This document shows, piece after piece, positions 29,747 through 40,074 of a stretch of 64,000 bases of DNA. The translations under genes and the position numbers were made by a program. Numbering within the stretch: position 1 is the stretch's first letter; each line of letters opens with the position of its first letter. The notes under the pieces were generated by a model. It searched no databases and was not told the origin of the DNA. It saw only the letters and a list, made by a program, of their open reading frames with translations. Source of the stretch: a virus (Duplodnaviria; Heunggongvirae; Uroviricota; Caudoviricetes); IMG/VR virus record IMGVR_UViG_3300031999_007842, positions 53,708 to 117,707 of that record; one strand, 5' to 3'.

Positions 29747-29992
29747 GGTGGGAAACAGAATGAAAAAGATATTCAAGAGAAGAAAGCAAGAAGAATTCAA
29801 GTACTTGACGATTGCCAGAGATGCCATAGGCTTAGCTAACTACCCACTTCAGATGGATATTATTCATGCAGTTAGAGCCTTGAAGGTAGAGATGTTCCTG
29901 GGCTCTCAACTTACTGTGGGTGAAGATGGGATAGCTATGAGTAACCCTGAAGTGAAGAAGAAAGAAGAGAGACCTAGTTACGTTGTTTAGGT

Positions 29993-30307
29993 ATGATTAC
30001 GATGTTTGGCATTAGAAAGAAGGATCAGACTAAAGTATGGCAGAAAATCCTAGGTCTCAGTGTGGGAGATAAGGTCAAGGTAACTAGTGAGTTCTACTAC
30101 TTTAGTCCTAAGTTGAGACGTTATGCATCTAGGACAATACGAACCAAACTCATATCAGGGGAGATAAAGAAGGGAACCATTGGAACAGTTATACAGGTAA
30201 GCAATCCAGCCAATCCGACCGACAGGAGAATATATCGTATAGCATTTCCACTTGTTCCAATATGGTGTACTGATGCTCATCTAGAGTTGATAGTTAATGA
30301 GAAGTGA
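29993..30307 (+). CDS. W-x-K-I-L-G family (KVWQKILGLSVGDKVKV)
   Basis: motif plus GD.V.V segment. Confidence 0.45.
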   Translation: MITMFGIRKKDQTKVWQKILGLSVGDKVKVTSEFYYFSPKLRRYASRTIRTKLISGEIKKGTIGTVIQVSNPANPTDRRIYRIAFPLVPIWCTDAHLELIVNEK

Positions 30308-30593
30308 AAAGTGGATCTGGGGCAAGATACTTGGTTTCAAGGCAGGCGACAAAGTTAGACTCACACGAGATTATCCTATATCTGATAAAGAAAACTCAAA
30401 CCCTCTAAAAATTCCTTGGGGATTCTCATTGAAACTCGAGGTTATTAAGAAAGGTACTCTGGGAACCATAGTTCAGGTTCTAAGTTTGGGAGACTTTCAG
30501 TTATACATAGTTAACTTTAGAAAGCCATCTCTTCAAAATTATTGGGTGACAGACTTTGAAATCGAACCAGCAGACGAAAGAGATTTGGAATAA
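30297..30593 (+). CDS. W-x-K-I-L-G family (WIWGKILGFKAGDKVRL)
   Basis: motif. Confidence 0.45.
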   Translation: MRSEKWIWGKILGFKAGDKVRLTRDYPISDKENSNPLKIPWGFSLKLEVIKKGTLGTIVQVLSLGDFQLYIVNFRKPSLQNYWVTDFEIEPADERDLE

Positions 30594-30792
30594 AATCTTG
30601 GGATATCAAGTGGGTCAGAAAATTAGAATAACCTATCCTTGTTGGTTTCAAGGAAGGAAGTTGGAAGGAAGAAGAGGAGTCATTGTAAATATAGGCTACG
30701 ATACAAGCCATTCATTTGTTATTTATTACACTAAAGTAAACTGGATAAAAGGGGAGTTTCAATTGATAGAGAAAGAGTTTGAAGGAATATGA
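30556..30792 (+). CDS. W-x-K-I-L-G family (EIWNKILGYQVGQKIRI)
   Basis: motif. Confidence 0.45.
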   Translation: MKSNQQTKEIWNKILGYQVGQKIRITYPCWFQGRKLEGRRGVIVNIGYDTSHSFVIYYTKVNWIKGEFQLIEKEFEGI

Positions 30793-31247
30793 AAGACAAT
30801 CGAGTTTGGGCTAGAGTGTTTGGAAACAATTACACTTACAAGAAGTATGAAAGAATAAGGCTAATCAAGTCATTCAAGAGACCTTGGGAAAAGGGAACTA
30901 TTCATAATGGATCAGTCTTCAATGTTAAAGAAGACATCGGAGACAAAGTCACGGTTGTAATACGTTACCGAGATGAGGAGAATATTCCAAAGAGCATAGT
31001 TGAACCTTTCCCTTTCAGGCACTTTAGACAAAGGCAAAGAGTTCGCGTCAAAAAGACTATTCACTGTGAAGGAACTTGTACCCAAAATAAAAGCAGAAGT
31101 GCCTATTGTTCTATAAGGAGAGGTAGAATAGGCAAGATAGAAAAGATTGAAAACTTTGGTACTTTCCACAGACTCCTATATGTAGTATTCAAAGGAGAAG
31201 ATAGAGCTGTCTACGAAGATTGGGAGGTTGAAAAAGTTGGGCAATAA
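30789..31247 (+). CDS. W-x-R-V-F-G family, divergent (VWARVFGNNYTYKKYERIRL)
   Basis: ATGA overlap; degenerate motif. Confidence 0.4.
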   Translation: MKDNRVWARVFGNNYTYKKYERIRLIKSFKRPWEKGTIHNGSVFNVKEDIGDKVTVVIRYRDEENIPKSIVEPFPFRHFRQRQRVRVKKTIHCEGTCTQNKSRSAYCSIRRGRIGKIEKIENFGTFHRLLYVVFKGEDRAVYEDWEVEKVGQ

Positions 31248-31509
31248 ATTGACGATGTGGCAAGCAATTCTTGGCCCTTTCCCAGAAGGAACAATTGCCA
31301 GATTCAGAGATGGAAGATTCAGGAGAGGTTATGTGGAAGGAGAGATCATAGGCTATTTCTTGTATTATGTGTATGATAATATGAGGAAGATGAAACCTAA
31401 TACATTTTCATACAAAGTCAAACTAGGCAAGCAAGCCTGGAATCTGTGCTATAAGAGACCAAGCACAGTAATCAAAGTCCTTAATGGACAAAAGAGGAAA
31501 AAAGAATGA
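31228..31509 (+). CDS. W-x-A-I-L-G family (MWQAILGPFPEGTIARFRDGRF)
   Basis: closely resembles 13889..14131. Confidence 0.45.
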   Translation: MKKLGNKLTMWQAILGPFPEGTIARFRDGRFRRGYVEGEIIGYFLYYVYDNMRKMKPNTFSYKVKLGKQAWNLCYKRPSTVIKVLNGQKRKKE

Positions 31510-32519
31510 GCTACGGAAATAGAGAATCAAAAGAGAAGCCAACACGAAGTAGGCTCAAACGACTGTTCTCCTTCAAGGACGATCACGGTGACTGGAGGAT
31601 AGGTAAACTCATTACTGCTGGAGTGTTAATTGCTATCGTGCTTTGCACGTTCTTTATCACAATGCTATACTCCGCACCAGTGGGTTACCAATCAATTCTT
31701 ATCGATCCTTCAGGAACCAAGTCCTACGGAGCCAGCAATGGAGCTTGGGGCCTCAAGATGCCTTGGCAAGGTCTAGTGATAATACACTATTCAATGCAGA
31801 CAGTAGGATTCTGGGGAGATGGAACAGATGCAACAGCAGACATGCCAGCAATACATACACACAGTTCAGACCTGCTTGAGTTCGATGTTCATGCACTATT
31901 CAGATGGTCTTACAATCCAAAAGCATTGATACAACTCTACGAGAACTACCAAGACATGAGCATCGTCAAGAACCAAGTAGTAGCTTCAATAGTCAGAACA
32001 ACGATAGAGAATCATTTGCCAGACTGGAATGCCTTGGACATTGTAACTAGTAGACCACAGATAGCCTTGGAATTAGGAGAAATCATCAAGACCAAGATAA
32101 TGAATACACCCTCAATAAGCTATGCTATCGTTCCAGAGTCAATAGAATTCAACCTCAGAGATGTCTCAGCACCAACTTCATGGTACGATGCAATCGAAAG
32201 GAAATTGAACTCGGAACAAGATATCGTCACAGCAATGAACAACAAGCAGATATCCATCATCAACTCAGAAGCATTAGCTGAACAGGAAATCATTGAAGCA
32301 ATGGGAGAAGCAAATGCAACAATCATCAGATTCCAAGGAGTTGCAGATGCAATCGATACCCTAGCCACAAGAACAGGAGCTAATGCATCAGAACTAGCAG
32401 TGCTACAAACATACCTACAAGGACTACAAGCAATAGCTAACTCGGACGGAAATAGCTACTTCTTCATTGGCTTCGACAAAGATGTGCCCTTCATAATCCC
32501 CATAGAATCTCAGCCATAG
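31506..32519 (+). CDS. SPFH/band-7 (prohibitin/HflC-like) membrane protein
   Basis: N-terminal TM helix; VGYQSILID, MPWQGLVI (cf. PWFQ motif), and C-terminal AEQEIIEAMGEANATII Ala/Glu-rich helix typical of the SPFH C-terminus. Confidence 0.55.
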   Translation: MSYGNRESKEKPTRSRLKRLFSFKDDHGDWRIGKLITAGVLIAIVLCTFFITMLYSAPVGYQSILIDPSGTKSYGASNGAWGLKMPWQGLVIIHYSMQTVGFWGDGTDATADMPAIHTHSSDLLEFDVHALFRWSYNPKALIQLYENYQDMSIVKNQVVASIVRTTIENHLPDWNALDIVTSRPQIALELGEIIKTKIMNTPSISYAIVPESIEFNLRDVSAPTSWYDAIERKLNSEQDIVTAMNNKQISIINSEALAEQEIIEAMGEANATIIRFQGVADAIDTLATRTGANASELAVLQTYLQGLQAIANSDGNSYFFIGFDKDVPFIIPIESQP

Positions 32520-32555
32520 GTGGAGTGAAGGACACTACCCTCTTTTTTCTATATC

Positions 32556-32879
32556 ATGGTGACAGGTATGATCTGGTTTAATGTGGAGAAAGCAGCAAAG
32601 TTTCTCTTGGCTAATAGATTAATCTTTACTCTAAGACCTAATCTCAAAAGAGATGGGTTGCACAAACTTAGAGTAAGGAAAGAGAATGATAGACTTCATG
32701 TGAGTATCATGCTCATGAGAGAATTCGACATGACTGAAGTAGAGACTAAGGAACAGTTGGAAGCTTATGTGAAGTTCTCTGGGTTTGGTTCAGTTGATGA
32801 GTGGATAAGTCATATTCCGAAACCAACCAAGATAATGTATCTTTACTTCGTGAGGATGGTGGATCTTAATGACACTTAA
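32556..32879 (+). CDS. hypothetical protein
   Basis: co-directional ORF. Confidence 0.4.
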   Translation: MVTGMIWFNVEKAAKFLLANRLIFTLRPNLKRDGLHKLRVRKENDRLHVSIMLMREFDMTEVETKEQLEAYVKFSGFGSVDEWISHIPKPTKIMYLYFVRMVDLNDT

Positions 32880-33369
32880 AGATGATTTGATTCAAACTAG
32901 AGAAGGCTTTTGGAAGTCTACCTACTGTTTCCACTTCTCGATGAAACAGTCTATACAAGATGTACAAGAATTTGGAAGGCTTCTCAAGAAATATCTCAAG
33001 GTTAAGGGTTTGCCTTTCGAGTGTAAAAGTTCCTATCTAATCTACACTGACCAACGGGCAGACAAGAATTGTAATCCATATTTCTTTAGGGGAGATCTTG
33101 TCATGGAAGTGAGGAGAAAATCTCTAATGTCTCGTCTCAATCCTAGGCATAGTAAGATAGATGGAGATGAGACAATAATTATTCAATGGGACAAAGGAGA
33201 TGATTTCTTCATCACGTTTCAAGAATACAAATATGAGGCTTGTGGCAAACAGATAATATGGAAGATTCCATTGGAACAAATCAAAGCATTCAAAGAAAAA
33301 CTGGAGAGATTCGCAGGTGCAGATGACATTTACAAACTCTTATTGGACTGTGCTACTCAAGATGAGTGA
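32869..33369 (+). CDS. hypothetical protein
   Basis: 166-aa ORF. Confidence 0.45.
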   Translation: MTLKDDLIQTREGFWKSTYCFHFSMKQSIQDVQEFGRLLKKYLKVKGLPFECKSSYLIYTDQRADKNCNPYFFRGDLVMEVRRKSLMSRLNPRHSKIDGDETIIIQWDKGDDFFITFQEYKYEACGKQIIWKIPLEQIKAFKEKLERFAGADDIYKLLLDCATQDE

Positions 33370-33568
33370 GAAGAAGATATGGGATAAAATACTTGGAGAC
33401 CCAAGGAGATGTAGATGGTTCTATCGGAGTCGCTGCACTACTTTAAACTATACCGGACCGATTAGGCATTTCGATGGTTTCCCATTATGTAAAATGAAGG
33501 TCTGTGAAGATTATGAGGAAAGAGATCAAGGAAAAGAGAATGTGGGAAAAGTTACTCCAAGTCAATAG
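33362..33568 (+). CDS. W-x-K-I-L-G family, Cys subtype (MSEKKIWDKILGDPRRCRWFYRSRC)
   Basis: start placed at internal ATG overlapping upstream stop. Confidence 0.4.
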   Translation: MSEKKIWDKILGDPRRCRWFYRSRCTTLNYTGPIRHFDGFPLCKMKVCEDYEERDQGKENVGKVTPSQ

Positions 33569-33719
33569 ATATTGTGCTTGGAGATGCCATAACGGTACTT
33601 GCCTAATTAAAACTGGTACAGATAAGAATGGCCTGTATAAAGTGGTTCGGTGCAAGTTGCCATGTTCTCATTTAGATTTAGGATTATGGATCAAAACCCA
33701 GGAAGATAAATTTGACTAG
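33504..33719 (+). CDS. W-x-K-L-L family, Cys subtype (RMWEKLLQVNRYCAWRCHNGTC)
   Basis: motif plus Cys cluster. Confidence 0.4.
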   Translation: MKIMRKEIKEKRMWEKLLQVNRYCAWRCHNGTCLIKTGTDKNGLYKVVRCKLPCSHLDLGLWIKTQEDKFD

Positions 33720-34103
33720 ATTGTGAAATCGTTGAAGAAAGTGTGGAATCGAATACTATTCAGAAAGCATGAATGCCAGCATTACGGAGAGAATGGAGAA
33801 TGCCTAATCAAATTCAGAAAGCTAGGACCAATATGCACAGAGTATGAATGTTGCAATAGGATTTGTGAGAAGTTTGAAGCAAGCCAAGAAGAAAGAATAT
33901 GAAGTATGGAAGCATGTTCTCGATACGTTTGATACTGGTGATCGTGTAGAGACACCTTATGGTCAAGGAACTGTCTATATGGATTTGGGTGAATTTCTGG
34001 AAGTAGCTGTCGCACTAATAACTCACAATCAAGATTTGGAACCATTCTTGGATGGTTCAATAATAATGGCTATACCTAGAAGCAAGATAAGGCGACTTGA
34101 ACA

Positions 34104-34388
34104 ATGACAGATAAACAAGAAGAGAATGGATGTAGGGCTCGCCTCATTATGGGTTACCATCTAGCCAAGACATGGTCTCAATGTGAATTTAGACTCAAAG
34201 GTACTTGTTGCAAAGATTGCAAGCGTCTAAAGAACTGTCAGAGTCCTTGTTCTTTCATGTATCCATACTATCAACATGAGACCAAGAGTTATGGCCTAGA
34301 AAAGTTCAAATGCATGTACTTCATGACTGAGATAGAGGCAGTAATCAGAAGATTGGATACCAACAAGGAGAGAGGAATTGTCGAATGA
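34104..34388 (+). CDS. Cys-rich small protein
   Basis: CEFRLKGTCCKDCKRLKNCQSPC. Confidence 0.4.
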   Translation: MTDKQEENGCRARLIMGYHLAKTWSQCEFRLKGTCCKDCKRLKNCQSPCSFMYPYYQHETKSYGLEKFKCMYFMTEIEAVIRRLDTNKERGIVE

Positions 34389-34702
34389 GCAACACTTCTA
34401 CCAACGAAGGTACTAATGAGCAGGAGAAACCTTTGGAGAGTCTGAAAGAACGGCAATTGACAAGAGGATTGAACACAGACGAGATTAATTGGTTCATAAC
34501 TCATAGAGGTCAAGTTCCATTGTGTGATTCCCAAGTAGTAGTAGAGAATGGAATAGTAACCTATCGATGTGCCCTCTATGGCCCCTTACGTGTAGACAAG
34601 TTCATTGAGACCTGTGTGAGATGCCAGAAAGAGATACATGATACGATATTGGAAGAGGAACGGTTATATCGTAGAGTGTGCAGTAAAACTTGGGGATGTT
34701 AA
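34385..34702 (+). CDS. Cys-containing hypothetical protein
   Basis: ATGA overlap. Confidence 0.4.
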   Translation: MSNTSTNEGTNEQEKPLESLKERQLTRGLNTDEINWFITHRGQVPLCDSQVVVENGIVTYRCALYGPLRVDKFIETCVRCQKEIHDTILEEERLYRRVCSKTWGC

Positions 34703-35079
34703 TGCCCTTTAAAGATAGAAGGAAGCAAAAAGAATACCAACAGAAGCATAAGGAGAAGTATCAATTGGCTAATAAGAAATGGAGATCTGAAAATAAAGAT
34801 CATTGCAATAAATATTCTAAAGAAAAACGAAGAAAGAGAAGACTGCTGTTTCTCTCCCTCTTGGGTGGAAAATGTGTGAAGTGTGGAGAAAGAGATTGGC
34901 GTTGTCTTCAACTTGATCATGTGAAAGGAAAGGGAACCCAGGAACGTAAAAACCTTCGATTAAATATAGATCAGTATGAGGAGTACATCATTAAGAAAGT
35001 TAAATCTGGCAATAAAAATTATCAACTTCTCTGTGCCAACTGTAATTGGAAGAAAAGATATGATAATGGAGAAAAGTAG
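34690..35079 (+). CDS. HNH endonuclease (paralog 2 of 3)
   Basis: LSLLGGKCVKCG...LQLDHVKGKG...NYQLLCANCN aligns with 29222..29746. Confidence 0.6.
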   Translation: MGMLMPFKDRRKQKEYQQKHKEKYQLANKKWRSENKDHCNKYSKEKRRKRRLLFLSLLGGKCVKCGERDWRCLQLDHVKGKGTQERKNLRLNIDQYEEYIIKKVKSGNKNYQLLCANCNWKKRYDNGEK

Positions 35080-35090
35080 AAGGGATAAGG

Positions 35091-35321
35091 ATGGGAAAGA
35101 AGAAAGACAAGGAAAAGGAGAAATGGCTTAAACGAGTTGCTATACTCTTTCTTGTGACAAGGATAGGCTTCATAGGTTCAAGTATTGGAATGATGTGTGC
35201 TATCCTATTTCGATCACTTATCGGAGCTATGCTATTCTTTGCCTTTGTGCCATTAATAATAGTTCCTGCGATCATTATCTACCTATCAAGAAACAAATGG
35301 AAAGAGAAGGAAAATAAATGA
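35091..35321 (+). CDS. small membrane protein
   Basis: two hydrophobic helices. Confidence 0.45.
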   Translation: MGKKKDKEKEKWLKRVAILFLVTRIGFIGSSIGMMCAILFRSLIGAMLFFAFVPLIIVPAIIIYLSRNKWKEKENK

Positions 35322-35551
35322 GACTTGAGATATTGCGAAAGGATAGTGACCCACTCATCATAGAACTCTGGAAAGCTTTACATCCACTACAAGACGACAG
35401 AATTATGGTCTACATGAGTTGTGATCTTGGTGAGCACGGGAATCAGCGAGGGTTAGTGATTAATCTGAAGGGATTGAAAGCAGAAGAAATACGAGGAATA
35501 CAGATTCTCAAACCCCTGAATCCTAGCTTTCGGATACAAGAGGAGAGATAA
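35318..35551 (+). CDS. hypothetical protein
   Basis: ATGA overlap. Confidence 0.4.
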   Translation: MRLEILRKDSDPLIIELWKALHPLQDDRIMVYMSCDLGEHGNQRGLVINLKGLKAEEIRGIQILKPLNPSFRIQEER

Positions 35552-35552
35552 T

Positions 35553-35819
35553 ATGCCATATATCAAGCAAGAAGAGAGAAAGAAGTTTGATTGGGTAATA
35601 GAGAACTTGGTTGCACTCCTGAATGAGAAACCAGAAGATGTAGCAGGAAATCTGAACTATGTCTTTACTGTAGTCTTGAAGAGACTCTCCAAAGATCTTC
35701 GTTATAAGAAGGCAAATGAACTCATGGGTGTTCTTGAATGTGTGAAGCAAGAATACTATAGAAGAGTTGTTGCTTCATATGAAGATCAAAAGATCAAGGA
35801 CAATGGAGATGTCCAATGA
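35553..35819 (+). CDS. hypothetical protein
   Basis: co-directional ORF. Confidence 0.4.
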   Translation: MPYIKQEERKKFDWVIENLVALLNEKPEDVAGNLNYVFTVVLKRLSKDLRYKKANELMGVLECVKQEYYRRVVASYEDQKIKDNGDVQ

Positions 35820-36029
35820 ATGTTAAACAGTAAAAGAAGCATAGAAATCTATTGGATGCTAATCATGACTACCATAGCTCTAATTATTTCTGCTACCTTT
35901 CTAGAAGGCTGGATTTCAATTTATGTCTTAGTGGTTGCTGGCATCATTCATATTCTGTCTCAAATATTCTTCTGGTGGTGCAGATGGAAATATCATCAGA
36001 AAATACAGGAGAAAGGAGACATTGCCTAA
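35820..36029 (+). CDS. small membrane protein
   Basis: two hydrophobic helices. Confidence 0.4.
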   Translation: MLNSKRSIEIYWMLIMTTIALIISATFLEGWISIYVLVVAGIIHILSQIFFWWCRWKYHQKIQEKGDIA

Positions 36030-36229
36030 TTCAATTATTCTGAGAGAAGGAATGAAAGTAGAGTTCATCTGGGATGATACTACTTATATTGGAACCATTT
36101 CTCGATGGGATCTAGAAAAATCTTTCTCAGATAAGAATTGTTGCATCAGGGCAAAAGATGGAGCTATGTTCCATCTCAATAATTGTCTCATCACCAGAGT
36201 TTTCCCTGAAGTGAAGTTCAGACCAATAG

Positions 36230-36571
36230 ATGTTTTGGTTGGTAGGCTGGAGATGTTGGATGATGAGTAATTCAGCTTGGATGAATATTTATTACAGACT
36301 CTTGGTGGAAGGCAAGGAACTAATCTGGTGCAAGACTTGCGGTGAACTTTTCACCATGAGAGATAGAACATGGAAGAGAGTCTCGAAGACTTATCCTTCC
36401 TTAGAATGGATTGATCCAATGGCTAATTGTTGCGAGAAGCCAGTATGGCTCTTCGTGACAGATCTCTTCCCTCCTGACAAAGGAGAACCACGGATGCCTG
36501 TGAAAAGTTGGCTTCAAGGATTGAAGAGAAGATATCAAGAACGATTTGTGTTCGAGGAGATATTGGAATGA
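36230..36571 (+). CDS. hypothetical Cys-containing protein
   Basis: co-directional ORF. Confidence 0.4.
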   Translation: MFWLVGWRCWMMSNSAWMNIYYRLLVEGKELIWCKTCGELFTMRDRTWKRVSKTYPSLEWIDPMANCCEKPVWLFVTDLFPPDKGEPRMPVKSWLQGLKRRYQERFVFEEILE

Positions 36572-36792
36572 AGGTGTGTGACCAGTGCCAGAAGAAGATA
36601 GAAGGATTGGATTTCATACAGGTAACTTTCGTAGGCAAAGTGCAACAGATTCCTCTAATGTTCAAGAGAGCTTTCCAGTTTGAATTCTGCTCTCTCAACT
36701 GCTTCCAGGAGTTCTTCAACATCTTTGCTAAAGAAAAGTTTGAAGAAGAGGAACGAAGTAGAAAGAAAGATGAATCTCGAGGAGATCCTTAA
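36568..36792 (+). CDS. zinc-ribbon protein
   Basis: CDQCQKK...CSLNC; start trimmed to ATGA overlap. Confidence 0.4.
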   Translation: MKVCDQCQKKIEGLDFIQVTFVGKVQQIPLMFKRAFQFEFCSLNCFQEFFNIFAKEKFEEEERSRKKDESRGDP

Positions 36793-36816
36793 ATGAAAAT
36801 TGACTGAGGGATTAAG

Positions 36817-37134
36817 ATGGAACAAATAACTAAACCTTGGGGAGAAGAGATAGTTCACATAGATGAGAAAGAGTATGTGATGAAGGAACTTCGAATCAAG
36901 AAAGGAATGCATACTTCAATGCATTACCACAATCAGAAGAAAGAGACATTGTATATCTTGAAAGGAGTAGCTAAAGTGGAAGCATCAGTAGGATCAGGAT
37001 TTCTCAATCAAGGTGATACTATCACAATTCCTGCGGGGAAAGTGCATAGGATAACAGCTTACAAGGAAGACTTAGTAATTATCGAAGTTTCCACTCAACC
37101 CAAGAATGATTCTGTAAGGGTTGGTAATCAATGA
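36817..37134 (+). CDS. cupin-domain protein
   Basis: KPWGEE...H.H...E.LYILKG...G...IPAG..H cupin_2-like pattern. Confidence 0.55.
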   Translation: MEQITKPWGEEIVHIDEKEYVMKELRIKKGMHTSMHYHNQKKETLYILKGVAKVEASVGSGFLNQGDTITIPAGKVHRITAYKEDLVIIEVSTQPKNDSVRVGNQ

Positions 37135-37499
37135 AACTTACCTTGATTATCTGCATGACAAAAAGCCTTAGAGTTCCTGCGACTAAAGATTTTCTTCCCG
37201 AAGCTGATCTTGATTTTCTCCTCTCTTTCCTTGCTCATGAAGCTAGAGTTGTAAATTCGCTAGAATTTAAAGACAGGGAAAATAATGTCTCTGAATTCAA
37301 GACGGTCTTCACACCTAGGAGAAGGGTCAATGATATTCAAAAATACTGCTATGAGTTCAGACGTAGATTAGCCAAGTTCAAGGAAGATATTTACTGGATC
37401 TTTAACCTAGATATTAGGGTAAATGCTGTGGAGTTCACTTCCAATGACTGGAAGAAATACAGTGCTATGAAAGTCCTGGTCGATAAGCTTGGAGGCTAG
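37131..37499 (+). CDS. hypothetical protein
   Basis: ATGA overlap. Confidence 0.4.
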   Translation: MKLTLIICMTKSLRVPATKDFLPEADLDFLLSFLAHEARVVNSLEFKDRENNVSEFKTVFTPRRRVNDIQKYCYEFRRRLAKFKEDIYWIFNLDIRVNAVEFTSNDWKKYSAMKVLVDKLGG

Positions 37500-37575
37500 T
37501 AAGATTTATAAGGTCTCGTGTGTATATACTTTCTTGCCCAAGCAATTGGGTTGAACTGAACTGAGGTGAAATGAA

Positions 37576-37860
37576 TTGGGAATTTTTCAGAGGCAAGAAA
37601 GAATAAAAGTCCGCATCACTTTGATAGCAGAAGAAGAGAAGCAAGGAGAGGGTCTCATAAACTTTATCACTCTGGACGGAACAAAGCGATATGCTAGCTT
37701 CAGAACAGAAGAGTATGATGGCGAAAATGACATGTGGGCTGGCGAGAAGTCAGAAATGTTCAATGCACTTCAAAAGGCATTTGATGAAGACAAATGGATA
37801 ACTTTGATTCTTGTCCGTGTCAATAGTGAAAAGGACTCTGTGAAGAAGATTGAACCGTAG
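37576..37860 (+). CDS. hypothetical protein
   Basis: co-directional ORF. Confidence 0.4.
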   Translation: MGIFQRQERIKVRITLIAEEEKQGEGLINFITLDGTKRYASFRTEEYDGENDMWAGEKSEMFNALQKAFDEDKWITLILVRVNSEKDSVKKIEP

Positions 37861-37939
37861 AAGCAAGAGAAAATAACTTTACCTTCCCCTTTTCTTTGGG
37901 ATAGATAGGAATTAACGTGGATGGAGATACGATAATAAA

Positions 37940-38305
37940 ATGAAAATTCTAATCTGTGGAGATCGTAATTGGACAGATAGGAAAGCTATCGAAGACTACA
38001 TCAAGGCTCTGCCCAAGGGTACTCAGATCATAGAAGGTGAATGTAGAGGTGCAGATATTATTGCAAGGGAGATAGCCGAAAAGTATGGGCTCGAAGTCTA
38101 TGAATTTCCTGCAGAGTGGAGCAGATTAGGGAAAGCAGCAGGGCCAATTAGAAACCAAGCAATGATAAAATATGGGAAACCAGACTTGGTGGTAGCCTTT
38201 CACAATGACCTCTCCAAGAGTAAAGGAACAAGAAATATGCTTATGAGAGCCCATGAACATGGGATTCCAGTTCAGGTGATTAGAAGTGAACAAGACGCAC
38301 AGTAG
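37940..38305 (+). CDS. SLOG/DUF2493-like Rossmann-fold protein
   Basis: ICGDRNWTD...GECRGADIIARE...GPIRNQAM...VVAFHN matches the G.RGAD...RN..M pattern of that family. Confidence 0.5.
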   Translation: MKILICGDRNWTDRKAIEDYIKALPKGTQIIEGECRGADIIAREIAEKYGLEVYEFPAEWSRLGKAAGPIRNQAMIKYGKPDLVVAFHNDLSKSKGTRNMLMRAHEHGIPVQVIRSEQDAQ

Positions 38306-38708
38306 GAAACTAATGAAAGATTTCCCTCGAATCTTTAGAAGTGCAAGTCAAAAAGGAAGTCTCATGTGCTTTGGTTTCATGTGTGATAGTGGATGGTTCA
38401 AGATAATCTATCAACTGTGCAAAGATATCCAAAGAGTCCTCGATAATACACCGGACCAATCCTTAGACCACTTTGAGGTGCTGGAAGTGAAGGAGAAGTT
38501 TGGTGAACTAAGATTCTATGTTGCAGGCTATAATAAAGAGATCAGAGATTTGGTAGATAGAACGGAACGCAAGAGTTATCAACTATGTGAGATATGTGGC
38601 AAACGAGGAAGTATTTCTGTTAAAGGCGGGTGGTACAAGACAGTCTGCCCTTACCATAGAAAAACAAAAGGATATAGGAAGATCAAGTCATGGCTAAAGG
38701 CAAAGTAA
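38286..38708 (+). CDS. Cys-rich hypothetical protein
   Basis: overlaps upstream stop. Confidence 0.4.
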   Translation: MNKTHSRKLMKDFPRIFRSASQKGSLMCFGFMCDSGWFKIIYQLCKDIQRVLDNTPDQSLDHFEVLEVKEKFGELRFYVAGYNKEIRDLVDRTERKSYQLCEICGKRGSISVKGGWYKTVCPYHRKTKGYRKIKSWLKAK

Positions 38709-39019
38709 ACCAACGAAAGATTAAATGCCCTGTATGTGGAGTGGAGATGGTACATTCCCGTCTCTTCAATGAAGATGTGCTAGGAACGCAACATAATCCC
38801 TACATTGGTTGGATATGTCAGGGTTCTAACTGCAAGGGTTGGTGGTGTGACTGCTGCGAAGAATGGCATTCATACGGAACTAGCTGTGCAGTAGCATTAG
38901 TTAGGAATGTGAGGGGAGACCATTACCCGGGCCATGATCCCAATTGGAGACATCAAGAAGCTAGAGTGATGGGAAGAAAGAGAAAGAAGTGGATGGATGT
39001 TGGAAATCAGAATACTTAG
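38690..39019 (+). CDS. zinc-ribbon protein
   Basis: CPVCG...CQGSNCKGWWCDCC. Confidence 0.4.
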   Translation: MAKGKVNQRKIKCPVCGVEMVHSRLFNEDVLGTQHNPYIGWICQGSNCKGWWCDCCEEWHSYGTSCAVALVRNVRGDHYPGHDPNWRHQEARVMGRKRKKWMDVGNQNT

Positions 39020-39320
39020 AGTTAGAGCTGAAAAGAATGAACTGGGAGGCACTAACATTATTATCGACTATCGAGCTACTCATGGTGACTTTAAGTACAA
39101 GGATAGTTATTCTAGCCCAGTCTATCGTTTCTATAAACCCTCAGACCAGAAGCAAGAGGCACTAAGAAGTATAGTTTTAGATGTCAGCTATCGGTACAGG
39201 GAATGGCTCAGGGAAGAACAGATGAGCAGAGACTTATTGGCAAAATATCCCTATTTCAAGAAATTGAAGGGCAAGAAGATCCCAGAATCATATTGGCTAG
39301 CTCAGGAGTTGGAAAAATAA
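38997..39320 (+). CDS. hypothetical protein
   Basis: co-directional ORF. Confidence 0.4.
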   Translation: MLEIRILRVRAEKNELGGTNIIIDYRATHGDFKYKDSYSSPVYRFYKPSDQKQEALRSIVLDVSYRYREWLREEQMSRDLLAKYPYFKKLKGKKIPESYWLAQELEK

Positions 39321-39649
39321 TGGACTGTGAAATAGAGATCACTGAAGTTACTATCGGAGAAAGAAGGGGATTCAGTAACGGTGAATGGGTACACATTAAA
39401 TTCAAGGGAAAGAAGAACGACTTCGAATGCGAATCAGCGTATTACATATCAATGGACTGTCTTCTGCGCAATGACGTGGAGAAAGAGATACTCACTGGAA
39501 TATACAAGTCATTCAAGAATGCTTATGATAACCATATAGAAATAGAAAAGAAGAAACAAAGAGAGGAAGAAGTGAAAGCGCAAGCAAAAGCCTTAGCAGG
39601 AAGGAAGATAGAAGATATATTCAAGTTAGTAGGAGAGTTGGAAGAATGA
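39320..39649 (+). CDS. hypothetical protein
   Basis: start at ATG overlapping upstream TAA. Confidence 0.4.
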   Translation: MDCEIEITEVTIGERRGFSNGEWVHIKFKGKKNDFECESAYYISMDCLLRNDVEKEILTGIYKSFKNAYDNHIEIEKKKQREEEVKAQAKALAGRKIEDIFKLVGELEE

Positions 39650-40074
39650 CAACCTGGTTAACATCATCTCTAGGATTCCAAGCGATGCATGATGAATTCC
39701 CAGAAGATGTTTCAGTAGTGGAAGTTCTTGATCTGAAAGATGGCTGGAATGATCCAGAACTTGTGTACAAGAAAGCTAAGAAGATTCTGGCTAGGATAGG
39801 CAGAGGAAAGAAGGTGGTACTCTTCTGTCATGCAGGGCTTAGTAGAAGCCCAGGGATGGCCATTCTCGCACTTGCTTGGTTATCTAGGGTTGAATATGAA
39901 GATATGCACTTTCAAGTAGTCAAAGAAGCTCCTCAGGTTCAGATGGCTCCGGGCTTCGAAGGATGTTGCAAGGAAGCTTTGAAACTTCTGAATAAGAGAC
40001 TAGTCAAAACATGTGGATGCGGTGCTCCAATTGAAGAAGAAGAAAGCAAATGCGAATACTGCTCATCCATTTGA
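39646..40074 (+). CDS. dual-specificity/protein-tyrosine phosphatase-like protein
   Basis: VVLFCHAGLSRSPG = CX5R P-loop (HCxxGxxRS) signature. Confidence 0.6.
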   Translation: MTTWLTSSLGFQAMHDEFPEDVSVVEVLDLKDGWNDPELVYKKAKKILARIGRGKKVVLFCHAGLSRSPGMAILALAWLSRVEYEDMHFQVVKEAPQVQMAPGFEGCCKEALKLLNKRLVKTCGCGAPIEEEESKCEYCSSI